A DNA stretch of 63,999 nucleotides, counting the filler, from Sanchytrium tribonematis (lineage: Eukaryota), in the NCBI GenBank assembly GCA_018985235.1. It is 23 parts of 23 records of this genome, joined end to end, with 100 filler letters (N's around TTAATTAATTAA, not from the genome) between each part and the next. Parts side by side here need not be neighbours in the genome. Positions count along the whole stretch, not along the records: positions 1 to 1,384 come from JADGIG010001306.1; positions 1,485 to 2,862 come from JADGIG010001307.1; positions 2,963 to 19,741 come from JADGIG010000129.1; 20 more parts are not named here. One strand, given 5' to 3'. The notes under the pieces are model-generated. The model was not told the DNA's origin, did no database searches, and saw only the letters and a list, made by a program, of their open reading frames with translations. Below, in pieces: positions 1-10,230 of the stretch; the first letter of the stretch is position 1; each line of letters opens with the position of its first letter. The translations under genes were made by a program, and so were the position numbers.

Positions 1-279
1 TTATTGGCTGCGTGGTATTGATAAGAGACGCATTTTACCAAATTTGCTGTTTTCCATACATCTTTATTTCTCATATCCCCTTCATGACAATTTTGAAGCA
101 CCGGTGCTGCTAAATCACCACATTTCATACACATCACACTATCAGATGGTGGACTCCAAAAAGATCCCACACAATTTGAAAATGGTGTATATGAGGGTAA
201 ACAAGATGGAGTGGCAAAAAAAGACATTTAATTCAAATTTGGTAAAATGCGTCTCTTATCAATACCACGCAGCCAATAA
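1..279. repeat. Perfect 46-bp inverted repeat (1-46 / 234-279); partial third copy at 1360-1384
   Basis: TTATTGGCTGCGTGGTATTGATAAGAGACGCATTTTACCAAATTTG at 1-46 is the exact reverse complement of 234-279; 25 bp recur in direct orientation at 1360-1384. Confidence 0.9.
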
Positions 280-602
280 ACGCATTAGGGATAAATTCCA
301 AGCAGGGATGCAAGCATATTAAAACGTGCACGTATCCAATTAATAAAAGACAAGGAAATTTACAAGTTTAAAAATCCTTGCAATTCATGAAATTCCAATC
401 ATGAAATGAGCAAGCAGATTAGCAAGCTAATAACATTATGCTTTGATTTATGCGACATCTCGTAGCACAAAGTACTCGTAAATTGTTCCAGTTCTATTCT
501 CATTTAATTGGTAAAATGCCATATTGCAGAATATTCTCAAATTTGGACCTATCACGACGCGACCATTTGGATATAAAAATCAAGATTCCCCAGCTACTGG
601 TG

Positions 603-1384
603 ATGCTTATATTTGCTCAAATTAACGCGCTGTCAGATTGTGATTTATTAAAGCAATTCGCGACTCAATTGAAAATGGATCAAAATGTCCCATTTGTGAT
701 GAATCAAATCAATACACAATGCTGTACTGGGTTTTTAGAAGGTGTAACATGTGAAAATGGAACAATAAAAACGATTCAATGGAGTGGTTTCAATCTAAAT
801 GGAAATTTTGAAGCATCTTTATTGCCACGTCATTTGACGAGTATTGATTTGAATTACAATAGAATTCAAGGTAATTTATCAACAACAGGGTATCCAGAGA
901 CATTAAAATCACTTTACGTCTCCAATAATAATCTGAAAGGGACCATCCCTCAATTTAATGATGGATTTGAGATATTAAATGCTGCATTTAATGGATTCAC
1001 AGATTTAGCAACTTATTCAAAGAGCTTAAAGTTCTTGAGTGCAGGATTTAATTCTTTAAATATTCCATTTCCAACGAATTTACCACGGAATATGACCTAT
1101 TTATCTTTGATGAAAAATCAAATATACGGGAATGTTACCAATTTACCAGATGCACTGATCACATTGGAGTTGACTTTGAACAATATTGGTGGCATTTTAC
1201 CAAAATTACCCCCAAATTTAGTTACTTTGAATATTGAAAGAAATCAATTTCAAGGATTGACGCTGCCATTTCCAGATACATTGGTGATGGCTAGTATGTA
1301 TAGCAATCAAATTAAATCAGTTGTCATGTTTCCACCCAATCTGCAATACTTTTATGGCAGCGTGGTATTGATAAGAGACGCATT
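603..1384 (+). CDS. Secreted leucine-rich repeat protein with Cys N-cap (3' truncated)
   Basis: Short signal-like start MLIFAQINAL, SDC...CC...GVTC cap, repeated LxxLxLxxNxLxGxIP units. Confidence 0.85.
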
Positions 1385-1484
1385 NNNNNNNNNNNNNNNN
1401 NNNNNNNNNNNNNNNNNNNNNNNNNNNNTTAATTAATTAANNNNNNNNNNNNNNNNNNNNNNNNNNNNNNNNNNNNNNNNNNNN
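1385..1484. other. Artificial contig spacer (N44-TTAATTAATTAA-N44); first of 22 identical spacers
   Basis: Identical 100-nt spacer with stops in all frames, also starting at 2863, 19742, 21218, 22693, 24165, 25628, 27090, 28552, 30013, 31473, 32929, 34385, 51174, 52629, 54084, 55534, 56979, 58420, 59860, 61298 and 62727. Small-contig lengths fall steadily, with exactly ten between the two 16.7-kb contigs (name-sorted concatenation). Confidence 0.98.
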
Positions 1485-1619
1485 ATGGAAGTTGTTGCAC
1501 CAGTGCAAGTGGAAATGAACAAGCTGAATGCAAAAGTGGAATTATTCAAGTCATTAAAGGATCGTACACCTGATGAAGCAAAGGAAATCTTGGAATTGTA
1601 CAAGAATTTTGAATTTTAA
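1485..1619 (+). CDS. C-terminal end of probable Harbinger second (DNA-binding) ORF
   Basis: Open from the contig edge and ends tail-to-tail 13 bp from the transposase stop; identity inferred from arrangement only. Confidence 0.4.
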   Translation: MEVVAPVQVEMNKLNAKVELFKSLKDRTPDEAKEILELYKNFEF

Positions 1620-1632
1620 ATAAATGCTTTAT

Positions 1633-2629
1633 TTATCTCAATGATTCATCGTAACTTTGTAATTGGATATAGTTATGCAAACAAACAGCTCCTAATACAA
1701 TATATTTTGCAACAGATTCATCCTCTTCTAGTTTGCGGCCAAATATACGCCATCTGTGAACAAACATTCCAAAGATCGATTCAATGCAGGTTCTACCAGA
1801 CTCATTTGACTTTACTACTCTATAACCATCTAAACTAAAAATCCTATTTCTATGGTGTGATGTTGAATTTGTCTTTACCAAAAATGTTTGTCTTCTAAAT
1901 GCAGAATCAGTCAAAATCTTGAAATTTATTTCTTCTAATTTAAAATAAAATACCTTGTCTAAGTTTAAATTGATTCTGTAATATGTCAGTGTATAAAGAT
2001 GATTGCAAAAAAGCAGTACTGTCATGTGTATTTCCGGGGTTTCCAATATCCACATAAGTAAATACCATCCGCCAATCACAGAGCGCCAACATATGAATTG
2101 CAAAAAATTGTTTTCTACAATACCAAGAATTAAAATGTGGATTTTGGGGCTTGTTTATACGGATATAGGTACCATCCATGGCTCCCACAATGTCATTTCT
2201 AGGGCATTTTCGAGCGAAATCCTCAGCAATAACAGTCATTTCATCTTCTTTTGGATATTTAATAAATAGTGATGAATATTTACAAAAGAAATTGATGATT
2301 TGGATAAACCCAAGACGTGCACAGTTGTGGGAAATTTGAAAAAAAGCACCTACAGCTCTGTATCCATTAGCGTGTCCTAATCTATAAAGTGTGATTAATA
2401 AATTACGTTCTGAATGTGTCCAAGAGGGCTCCATTTGTTGTATCATGGCCAACAGACTGTAGAAAATGGGACGCGTGGTCCTAAATATGGAAAAGAATTG
2501 ATAATTGGTGTAATTTCCCAGTAAATATTGATAATAATATCTATTAATAAGAACTGATTGTTCCCTACGTCTATTTCGACGATGAATGACACACAACAAC
2601 AGCATCATTTCATCGTCAAGATCAAACAT
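1633..2629 (-). CDS. Harbinger/HARBI1-type DDE transposase; 19-nt intron 1935-1953
   Basis: Motifs GAMDGTYI, YCRKQFFAI, GNTHDS, LTDSAF, RTCIESIFG..RWRIF, CLHNYI; removing GTATTTTATTTTAAATTAG joins the two ORFs in frame (KLRQ-EEINFKILTDS). Confidence 0.9.
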
Positions 2630-3335
2630 GGGTCAGATAAAAAAAATTTATTTTTTTGAATCTGATTGAATTTTGCTCAATCTGATTCAATCCCCACTTT
2701 AAATTTCAATCTTGAATCTTCTTACAAATTTCCCCTAAATTTTAAGATTCAATCCGGATTGATTCCGGTACAGCCTCAATGGACGTCTTAATCTTCTTCC
2801 TGAGAATTATGAAATTCCAAACACAAATATTACAAATTTAATTCATTTATTCTTTCATGGTGNNNNNNNNNNNNNNNNNNNNNNNNNNNNNNNNNNNNNN
2901 NNNNNNTTAATTAATTAANNNNNNNNNNNNNNNNNNNNNNNNNNNNNNNNNNNNNNNNNNNNATTAATTTTCCTATTAAATTGTCACAAAGTACTAATAC
3001 CGGAAGACTCATTCAGTCAGAATACTTCATTACTCTGGAATTGATTTCTAACAAAAGATCAGTGGGTCAGCACATTAATTTTCCAATTGTAATTTGCACC
3101 ACCACAAATTTAGGCACTGAGTCACATTTAGTTACACAAGAATATCCACTAGACTTGCAATATTTTCCTAACCATAGAAAAGGTCTAACCTTATACCCTT
3201 CTTTATCTCAAATTCAATATTGATCTATTCCATTTCTCAATAGGCAGAAAAACTAATAAAAATTAATTTGAGTAAAACATTTGATTGGCTTGAAAATTAA
3301 TAAAATGTTGACTCCGTTTGTATTAACTGAAAATA

Positions 3336-4131
3336 ATGGCATCACCAGCTCAATATGTCGCATTTGCAGATAAAATACTTGGCAAAGCACAGAAGCAAGG
3401 CATATATCAAAACAAACGTGCTTACTACTTTAAAGCAACAGAAATGAAACCTCATGTTGATGATTTATTAGAAAAAGTCGAAATTGAGAATATCAAAAAA
3501 GGAACTGACTTATTGCAAAAGCTTTTGGAATTAAATTTTATAGTGCGTGTCAAGCGTTTCAATACAAAAATTGAAGAGGTCAAGAGATTGGAGCCTGTTG
3601 CCGATACAGATTTTAAATTAAAAGAAATTATTGACTATGAAGAACGTCAGGTCTATTACATGTGGCTATATCAAGGCAATCCATTGTGGAATATGTTGAA
3701 AAGTGTTGGGATGGTCGTATTGGTTCTTGTAGGAGTGATGTATCCACTTTGGCCTTCTCAAATGAAGCACTTGTCATATTATGCTAGCTGGAGTGTCATG
3801 GGATTTATGGGAGTCATATTGTCGCTTGGTAATGAATTCTTACTTAGGGGTCATACGAATCATTGTGTTTGCCATCACTATTTTTACTCATTCTCCTGGC
3901 CTTTGGCTTTTTCCCAATTTGTTTGCGGATGTGGGTTTTTTTGATTCATTCAGACCGTGGTACTCTTGGCATGTAACGAATGCTGAGCGTGAGCGGCGAA
4001 AAGAACAAAGGCGCATTCAAAAAGCCGAAAAGTTGAAAAAGAAAGCGGAAAAGAAAAGACTGCGAGAACTTCGTAAAAGTGACATGAGCAACTCTGACGT
4101 TAGTGATTCCGAAAACAAAAAGAAACAGTAA
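3336..4131 (+). CDS. SEC62: Translocon subunit Sec62; 19-nt intron 3829-3847
   Basis: YYMWLY, MYPLWP, two TM helices, GLWLFPNLFADVGFFDSFRP; removing GTAATGAATTCTTACTTAG gives SLGVIRII. Confidence 0.93.
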
Positions 4132-4235
4132 ACTAATTCTTCGTCAAATTTAACACTTGTGAATTACAATGTCAAACAATCTCACGTGATCTCACCAATT
4201 ATAAGATTATCTGAAAATCTCCCTTCAAATTCAGG

Positions 4236-4610
4236 ATGATACAGGAAATTTTACTATTTACATTTCTTTACTACATCTCTTACAAAATCTATTGTATTTA
4301 CAATAGCCACATTTTAGAAACAAACATTTCACTTTGCAAGCAAGTTGCGGAATTGACAAAAGCAAGGGAATCACAAAATGAAAATATAAAAGAATTGCTT
4401 CTTCTGTTAAGTGAGACGGCAGATATATCAGAAACGATACTGCAAGAGAATGCGAAATTGATTGCGAAAAGGCAATGTTTATTCAAAAAAGAAGCAAGTA
4501 ATTATACAAATCGAAAATGCAAAATTTGCAGAAAGCGAATCCGAGTGAGTCTAAGAGGATGTGAACATATTTCGCACAACCCCTGTATAATGATGAATAA
4601 AGCAAAATGA
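4236..4610 (+). CDS. Small N-anchored coiled-coil protein with partial RING-like Cys/His tail
   Basis: N-terminal hydrophobic segment, heptads, CxxC...CxHxxHxxC. Confidence 0.5.
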   Translation: MIQEILLFTFLYYISYKIYCIYNSHILETNISLCKQVAELTKARESQNENIKELLLLLSETADISETILQENAKLIAKRQCLFKKEASNYTNRKCKICRKRIRVSLRGCEHISHNPCIMMNKAK

Positions 4611-4666
4611 TTTTTTTATAGATTTATTTCAGCTCCCATTGCAATAATGGTAATAGCCCTGCCTTT

Positions 4667-5323
4667 TTAAAAGATGCGTTGCACAGGTCCCATGGTGGAC
4701 TTGATATGCAAAGATTTAACGTTTTGCCAATTCTTTTTCAACAAAGATACAAGAAAATTGACAGACAACATTGTGTTAGAAACCAATTGATCTTCAGTCA
4801 TTTCAACATTTCCGACAGCAACACTCATACACAATACTTTCTTCAATTGAAATTTAATAGTGGATTTGATTTCCTCGGCCTTGTCTTGTAAAGATTCGGC
4901 ATGAGAAACAGGAGACGGAAACTTTCCCGCACGATTCAATCCAGGTCCTAAAATACGAGGAATTTGCTTAATCAATGCTTCCGAAGCCAAAAATGCGTCG
5001 TATTTCTTTGCTAATTTTTTGATTAACTTCTTATTTTTGTTAAGCTTTTTCAAATCATCAACAGACATTCCGTCCATTCCAATTTTAACAGCTTCATCCA
5101 AATGCTGTTCATCTCCCAACATGCAAATTTTCATTCTAGGCTTTGGAGTATTAGGAAGTTTGATGGATCCAGCAAAACGCTTGTCTCTTTGAGGATCGTA
5201 ATTTTTCAATCCAATTTGCAATTCGATTGTTTCCACGAAATTTCTTTTGGTTTTTTCATCTTTAGAATACTTTAGGATTTCATCAATTGCATCACGGCAG
5301 GTTTGCGCTGATAATTTGGACAT
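4667..5323 (-). CDS. RPL1: 60S ribosomal protein uL1 (L10a/L1), intronless
   Basis: [51 protein letters not shown]; likely start MSKLS at 5323. Confidence 0.97.
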   Translation of the reverse strand: MSKLSAQTCRDAIDEILKYSKDEKTKRNFVETIELQIGLKNYDPQRDKRFAGSIKLPNTPKPRMKICMLGDEQHLDEAVKIGMDGMSVDDLKKLNKNKKLIKKLAKKYDAFLASEALIKQIPRILGPGLNRAGKFPSPVSHAESLQDKAEEIKSTIKFQLKKVLCMSVAVGNVEMTEDQLVSNTMLSVNFLVSLLKKNWQNVKSLHIKSTMGPVQRIF

Positions 5324-5359
5324 AGAAAATCCAACGTATTGTAAGTATAACAACTTTCA

Positions 5360-5377
5360 CACGTGTTTTTGTCCAAT
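5360..5377 (-). promoter_or_regulatory. ATTGG-N7-CACGTG module upstream of RPL1
   Basis: Same module at 13926-13942 (RPL8) and 19634-19651 (RPL38), with CACGTG 36-39 nt from the ATG. Confidence 0.7.
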
Positions 5378-5407
5378 CAAAAAACGAAAAAATTAAAGGT
5401 TACAAAT

Positions 5408-5650
5408 TTATTGCTTTAATTCACCCACTGCATACTTTTGTATCTTTCCTAATGCAGATTTTGGATGACCAACATCGTCAAAATCTGCTGTAGCATCAAC
5501 ACCTTTATGGTCGACTATAATTTCTTCACCACCAGGATGGGTGGATGCAAAATCTGTCAAATCATACACCTTACCTTTCAATCCAACTAGCAGCTTTTCT
5601 GAGGACTTTAACTCTGACAAAGAATATTGCTTCATGTCACAGATTCGCAC
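5408..5650 (-). CDS. Small cytochrome b5-like heme-binding protein
   Basis: KVYDLTDFASTHPGGEEII...DATADFDDVGH. Confidence 0.9.
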   Translation of the reverse strand: MRICDMKQYSLSELKSSEKLLVGLKGKVYDLTDFASTHPGGEEIIVDHKGVDATADFDDVGHPKSALGKIQKYAVGELKQ

Positions 5651-5696
5651 GTAATCAAGTTTGAAATTAATTTGTCAGGAGTATTATCAAACTTGA

Positions 5697-5933
5697 ATGA
5701 AGCGGAAATTGGAAGTTGTTAGTGATACTTCATCAAAAAAGAGAGACGTTTTAGGGATTCAATGGAATCACTCCCAAAAAGAATTATCGGAAACAATTTT
5801 GGATCAAAAGTGCTACTTTTGTGAAAAGATTAATGATCTTTACACATGTATTAGGTGCAAGGAAGCATATTGTGATAAATGTGGAAGTTTGATTTTCTTA
5901 GCCCGTGAAATCATATGTGTATCTTGTAAGTAA
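5697..5933 (+). CDS. Small Cys-rich zinc-finger protein
   Basis: Four CxxC pairs and a basic N-terminus. Confidence 0.55.
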   Translation: MKRKLEVVSDTSSKKRDVLGIQWNHSQKELSETILDQKCYFCEKINDLYTCIRCKEAYCDKCGSLIFLAREIICVSCK

Positions 5934-5996
5934 GATTTGGAATCAAGTGAATTATTTCCGGAATTGTAAACCTCCAAAATTTAGGTAAATAACAAT

Positions 5997-6521
5997 TTAT
6001 TTTCTTAAAATTTCACTAATATGATTTACCTGACCATCCCGTCTACCATCTAAACCTTTTCCTTTTCCATCGTCGTCAAATCTTTCCTTATGAGAGCCAG
6101 TGTATTTGGTATGGTCGGTCAAGCGATCAAAAACAGAATCGCTGGATGCTTTAGAATCTAGTTCATTGCCACTCCCATTTAAATTCTTATTGCTGCCGGT
6201 TTCTGTTCTAACTTTTGGTTCATTTTTGACTACTAAGGCTACAAGCTTTGAATAACCTTCCTCGTCTCCTGGATATTTAATCTCTGCTAAAAGGCGCAAT
6301 GCAGCTTTAAATTGTTCAAAATCTAGTTTTCTATCAGTTTTTTCTTTCTTTGCTTTGTTAAATACAATGTCTACATCTGTAGTGGTCAATTTTTTGTCTA
6401 AAATCAAACTATCTTTACAGAGCTTGCTAAATTTGAAATTATCAATTTCTACTGCATTAATGGCTCTGCTACTTCCGAAGGAACAAAAAGCAGAGAATCT
6501 TTTAAGAAGCTCGTCTTCCAT
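5997..6521 (-). CDS. Tubulin polymerization-promoting protein (TPPP/p25-alpha)
   Basis: FSKLCKD..ILDKKLTTTDVDIVFNK and RLTDHTKYTGSHKERFDDDGKGKG. Confidence 0.93.
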   Translation of the reverse strand: MEDELLKRFSAFCSFGSSRAINAVEIDNFKFSKLCKDSLILDKKLTTTDVDIVFNKAKKEKTDRKLDFEQFKAALRLLAEIKYPGDEEGYSKLVALVVKNEPKVRTETGSNKNLNGSGNELDSKASSDSVFDRLTDHTKYTGSHKERFDDDGKGKGLDGRRDGQVNHISEILRK

Positions 6522-6563
6522 TTTTGAGTTTCAAACTTTGACCTGTTTATTTTTTGTAACCAT

Positions 6564-7879
6564 ATGCTTTATCTTTTTACAGCATTTGCAAAACTTAGAG
6601 GCGTTAACCCAAAGGATGAAGCAATATACAGCGGTTCCGAAATCGTTTGTGATGGTAACAAAAAAATTCCTATATCCTGGATAAACGACGACTATTGCGA
6701 TTGCCAAGACGGAACTGATGAAAAAGGTACAAGTGCTTGTGATACTGAATTTTTTTGTAATAATGATGGTCTTTCAAAATACATCCCTTCTAGTTGGGTT
6801 GACGATGGTAGACAAGATTGTTGCGACGGAAGCGATGAACAAAATGGTACTAATACTTGTAGCGAATTAAAATTACAATTGGAAAGTAAACGCAAAGAAT
6901 TATCAGAGAAATATCGCACAGGTATAGAAGAAAAAAGATCGTATATAGAATTTGGATTAAATTGGAGATCTAATAGCGTGAAGAAAATATCAGAAGATGA
7001 ATTAAAAATTCAAAAATTGGATCAGGATTTAACAGCTTTAAATACCAAAATACACGAACTCGAAAAGCTGGAAAAGTTTGAGGATGATGTTTTTCAATGT
7101 AATCAATTTTGTATCGATAATTATAACTCACGTTTTGGTGAAATATTTGAAAGCCTCAAGTCTGTTGAAAATCCTCCACAATATGTTTTGGATGCAATAT
7201 CAAAATACGAAGGCATAATAGCTGATCCTACCCCAAAATCGCGCAATGGAGAACAAAATAATGGTATTATTTCGAAAATCCTGGATTGGATCCCACTTAT
7301 TCCACGATCCAGTACTGGAACTTTTTTACTAACGTAGATAATTTGCAATCATTTAGAGATTCTAGGTCAGAAAAGCAAAGATCTAAGACAGACTTGGAAA
7401 CGCATTTAAATGCATTAAAGTCGAAACTTGAATTTAATTTAGGTCTACATGACGAATGGGCTAAGACGGTTGAATCTTGCACGAGCGACATTTTTGAGGG
7501 CAAAAATTATGAATTTTGTTTTTTTGGGTCTGTCAAACAAGATGGGATACTTTTGGGTCGATTTTCCGAGTGGACTCATCACAAAGATCCAAGAATTGAT
7601 TTCATTGAATCTTTAGGAAACGATCTTGACAAGATGGAAGGAATAGATGTGTTTGGAGAGATGAAATACAATTACGGCACACGCTGTTGGAATGGAAATG
7701 ACAGGTTTGTGGATGTGGTAGTCCGATGCGATTCGGTTTTCAAGATTGTTGCGGTGTCTGAACCATCTATGTGCAACTACAGGATGGAAGTTACAACACC
7801 AGTAGCATGTCCGCATCCTCCAGAATTTAGACCAGTCGAACCAGTCGTGCCTCACAATAATGTCAAAGATGAATTATAA
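6564..7879 (+). CDS. GTB1: Glucosidase II beta subunit; intron 7312-7337
   Basis: [14 protein letters not shown], coiled coil, MRH domain ([14 protein letters not shown]), C-terminal KDEL; the intron ends TACTAACGTAG and restores the frame. Confidence 0.92.
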
Positions 7880-8642
7880 TAAACTTATAAATTTGAAGGC
7901 CATGTCAACACATGTGGCATTTGCAAAGCAAGAAATCGAACAACACAAAGTGTCAATGCAACTGAAAGAAAAACTAGAAGATTATCAACAATTTCAGACT
8001 GAAATGACTTGTAAAATTCTCAACTTAAGACAACAAGAAGAAATACTATCTTTAAGCCTCGATGAACACGTGTTTTTGGTTGCGACTTTAGACAAAAAAA
8101 GAAGCTCTGCCTCAAATAAAGAGTATAATGAAAAGAAAAAAAGGATAGAACTAACAGAAAACATCCGGGTACTAAAATCACAAATCTTGGAAATCCGAAA
8201 CGAATTAAATCAACTTGTTCTTCATATCCAGGAGCAATCACACATCAAAAATCTAATTACACAGATACGTTCCGATGAAGGCATTAGCTTAGTCGAGTAT
8301 GTGGAGGCCCAATTGTATTTGAAATCAATTTTACAAGAGGCATTGAAAAGTCACTTATCAAAGAATGTTTCTTATAGTTTAAAAATTACATCAGATTTAG
8401 AAAAAGCTTCATCACCAAATCTAATTGATAATGCGATTGAAAAAGTTGAGATTAGCAAGAGCGAAAATCAGTCAAGATTGATCTATTCCCTAAACAATAT
8501 CTGCAACTCATTGGCAAATGCTGTTAATATGGACGATTTTGCGCTGAACAAAGAAGATGGCTTCAAAAATGCCTTGGATCACATCCAGGTAACAATTTTA
8601 TTGATGGAATCTCTTCTGAGCATCAACGAAAAGAATAAATAA
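7860..8642 (+). CDS. Coiled-coil protein, unknown function (start possibly 7902)
   Basis: 260-aa ORF with heptad character filling the gap between neighbours. Confidence 0.6.
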   Translation: MSKMNYNKLINLKAMSTHVAFAKQEIEQHKVSMQLKEKLEDYQQFQTEMTCKILNLRQQEEILSLSLDEHVFLVATLDKKRSSASNKEYNEKKKRIELTENIRVLKSQILEIRNELNQLVLHIQEQSHIKNLITQIRSDEGISLVEYVEAQLYLKSILQEALKSHLSKNVSYSLKITSDLEKASSPNLIDNAIEKVEISKSENQSRLIYSLNNICNSLANAVNMDDFALNKEDGFKNALDHIQVTILLMESLLSINEKNK

Positions 8643-8661
8643 TTTTATTAAGAAAGCTATA

Positions 8662-9510
8662 TTATGCATCATGAGACTTCAACAAATTTACGATATCAAC
8701 GTACAGCTTTTCTACATTTTCTTCCATTTTATTGCCGAATCTTCCCGATTTGTCAACTAAATCCCAATGACTGCCACTCAAAGTTTTGAGATACTGGCCA
8801 TATTTGCTACTTTTAAGACTGACTAGGCCATCATTATCTCCGGAAAGGTTATACATAATCCTTTCCAACAAATCCATATAGTCTTGAAGCGTTTTAAGTC
8901 CCAAAATCGAAAGCAATGGCATGTTAGTAACGTCGTTATCTACTATTTGTTTTGCTATATGATGTATTTTCTCATTATCACACTTAAAAGAAGCTCCCAC
9001 ACTATAGTATTTCGTAAATTTGTTTTCCTTAATTGATTCGTTAAATTTGGAACAATATTTAGTGGTCAGGCAAGAATAGGCAGGCTGATCAAGATAATAT
9101 AAAAAATGATAAGCCAATGTATTTGGTTTCGACAAATTGGGATCATATCTGTAACCCAAGCCTAATTTACGATTTAAAAGATCCATAAACTCACTACCGT
9201 GATGCGGTGTGCCAATCGTTGTAATGGTTGGTATTTGTAATTTACGAGAATGAAGCATGTAACGAGCATCTAAGCCCCCCAAGGAATGGCACAAAAGATG
9301 TGCATTTTCTAAATTGTTTTTCTGAATATATTCATACAATTCCTGACTTCTTTGCTCAATAGAATGGGTTTTAGATACCTTTGATAGGTATACTTTGTAT
9401 CCTAATTTGGTCAACAATTCCGGAATATTTCCCCAATAGTTCAGTCTAAATCGTGCGAGCTCAATTTTGTCAAATCCGAAAAGTCCATGGTGCATTAAAA
9501 TGGGTCTCAT
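8662..9510 (-). CDS. Triacylglycerol lipase, TGL2-like alpha/beta hydrolase
   Basis: HGLFGFD, HSLGGLDARY, TIGTPHHGS, NDGLVS, HWDL. Confidence 0.9.
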   Translation of the reverse strand: MRPILMHHGLFGFDKIELARFRLNYWGNIPELLTKLGYKVYLSKVSKTHSIEQRSQELYEYIQKNNLENAHLLCHSLGGLDARYMLHSRKLQIPTITTIGTPHHGSEFMDLLNRKLGLGYRYDPNLSKPNTLAYHFLYYLDQPAYSCLTTKYCSKFNESIKENKFTKYYSVGASFKCDNEKIHHIAKQIVDNDVTNMPLLSILGLKTLQDYMDLLERIMYNLSGDNDGLVSLKSSKYGQYLKTLSGSHWDLVDKSGRFGNKMEENVEKLYVDIVNLLKSHDA

Positions 9511-9679
9511 AGTTTTGTCTCCTATAGAAAAAATTAAGAGCTGTTTAAAGGAGCTTTCAGCCTTGCAAACTAAATTAACTGCGATTTAAAAGTTATAATT
9601 CAATTAAGGGAACAGTATCGAAAGGGAATCTGATCTATCATCATACTTAATAAATGTGATTCGAGCATTCTGAAACAGA

Positions 9680-10195
9680 ATGGAAGAAATTATTTGCGAG
9701 ACAATCTTTGAATCACTTCAAGTTCCATCCAAAAGAAACTTGAATTTATTTTTTCCAAATAAGAAACCTAGACTGTCAAACCATATGGACTTAATCGAGG
9801 AAAATTGCGAGAAATTAAAAAATGCAAATATCAGAAGATTAATGAATTTAAGAAAAAAATATATACCCAAGAAAACTTCACCGCTTCATCCATTTTACGT
9901 TAAACCCAAATCCAATCTATTGAATAAAGCAATAGGAAGTACCAGTAACAAGACAATTATGCCGAGTGAGAAATTAAAATTTTACCTGAGAAGCAAATAC
10001 TTTTTAGACTTTCAAAAGTGGAAGCGCAATGAAAAAATAGGCACCCCGCTTGTTTATGCTTTTAAAGAGTGTATGCAAGAAGAAAAATGGGACATATTGG
10101 AAAATTTGAACAATAATAATACACTGGAAGATTTAATTACAGTGTTACCAGAAGCTGGATTTGAATTCGACTTCAAAGTTGATTTATTGGCATAA
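9680..10195 (+). CDS. Hypothetical basic protein
   Basis: 171-aa ORF; no family recognised. Confidence 0.5.
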   Translation: MEEIICETIFESLQVPSKRNLNLFFPNKKPRLSNHMDLIEENCEKLKNANIRRLMNLRKKYIPKKTSPLHPFYVKPKSNLLNKAIGSTSNKTIMPSEKLKFYLRSKYFLDFQKWKRNEKIGTPLVYAFKECMQEEKWDILENLNNNNTLEDLITVLPEAGFEFDFKVDLLA

Positions 10196-10230
10196 TTGTA
10201 TTAAATAAATACAATTTTCAAAAAATAATT

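Larger units (their letters stand above)
1485..2775 (-). mobile_element. PIF/Harbinger-like DNA transposon (partial)
   Basis: DDE_Tnp_4-type nuclease, end of a convergent second ORF (1485-1619 +), clustered GATT(C/G)AATC subterminal motifs at 2655-2770, putative terminus GGCTGTACCGGAATCAATCCGG ending at 2775. Confidence 0.75.

Noticed and set aside
3781..3944. Programmed ribosomal frameshifting as explanation for overlapping ORF pairs (SEC62, GTB1, PTM1-like, MSS4, transposase)
   Set aside because: Each has a GT-AG segment of matching length and consensus that restores the frame; no shared slippery site.
4602..4621. GC-AG 20-mer that would extend ORF 4236
   Set aside because: The extension would run antisense deep into RPL1 and does not complete a RING motif.
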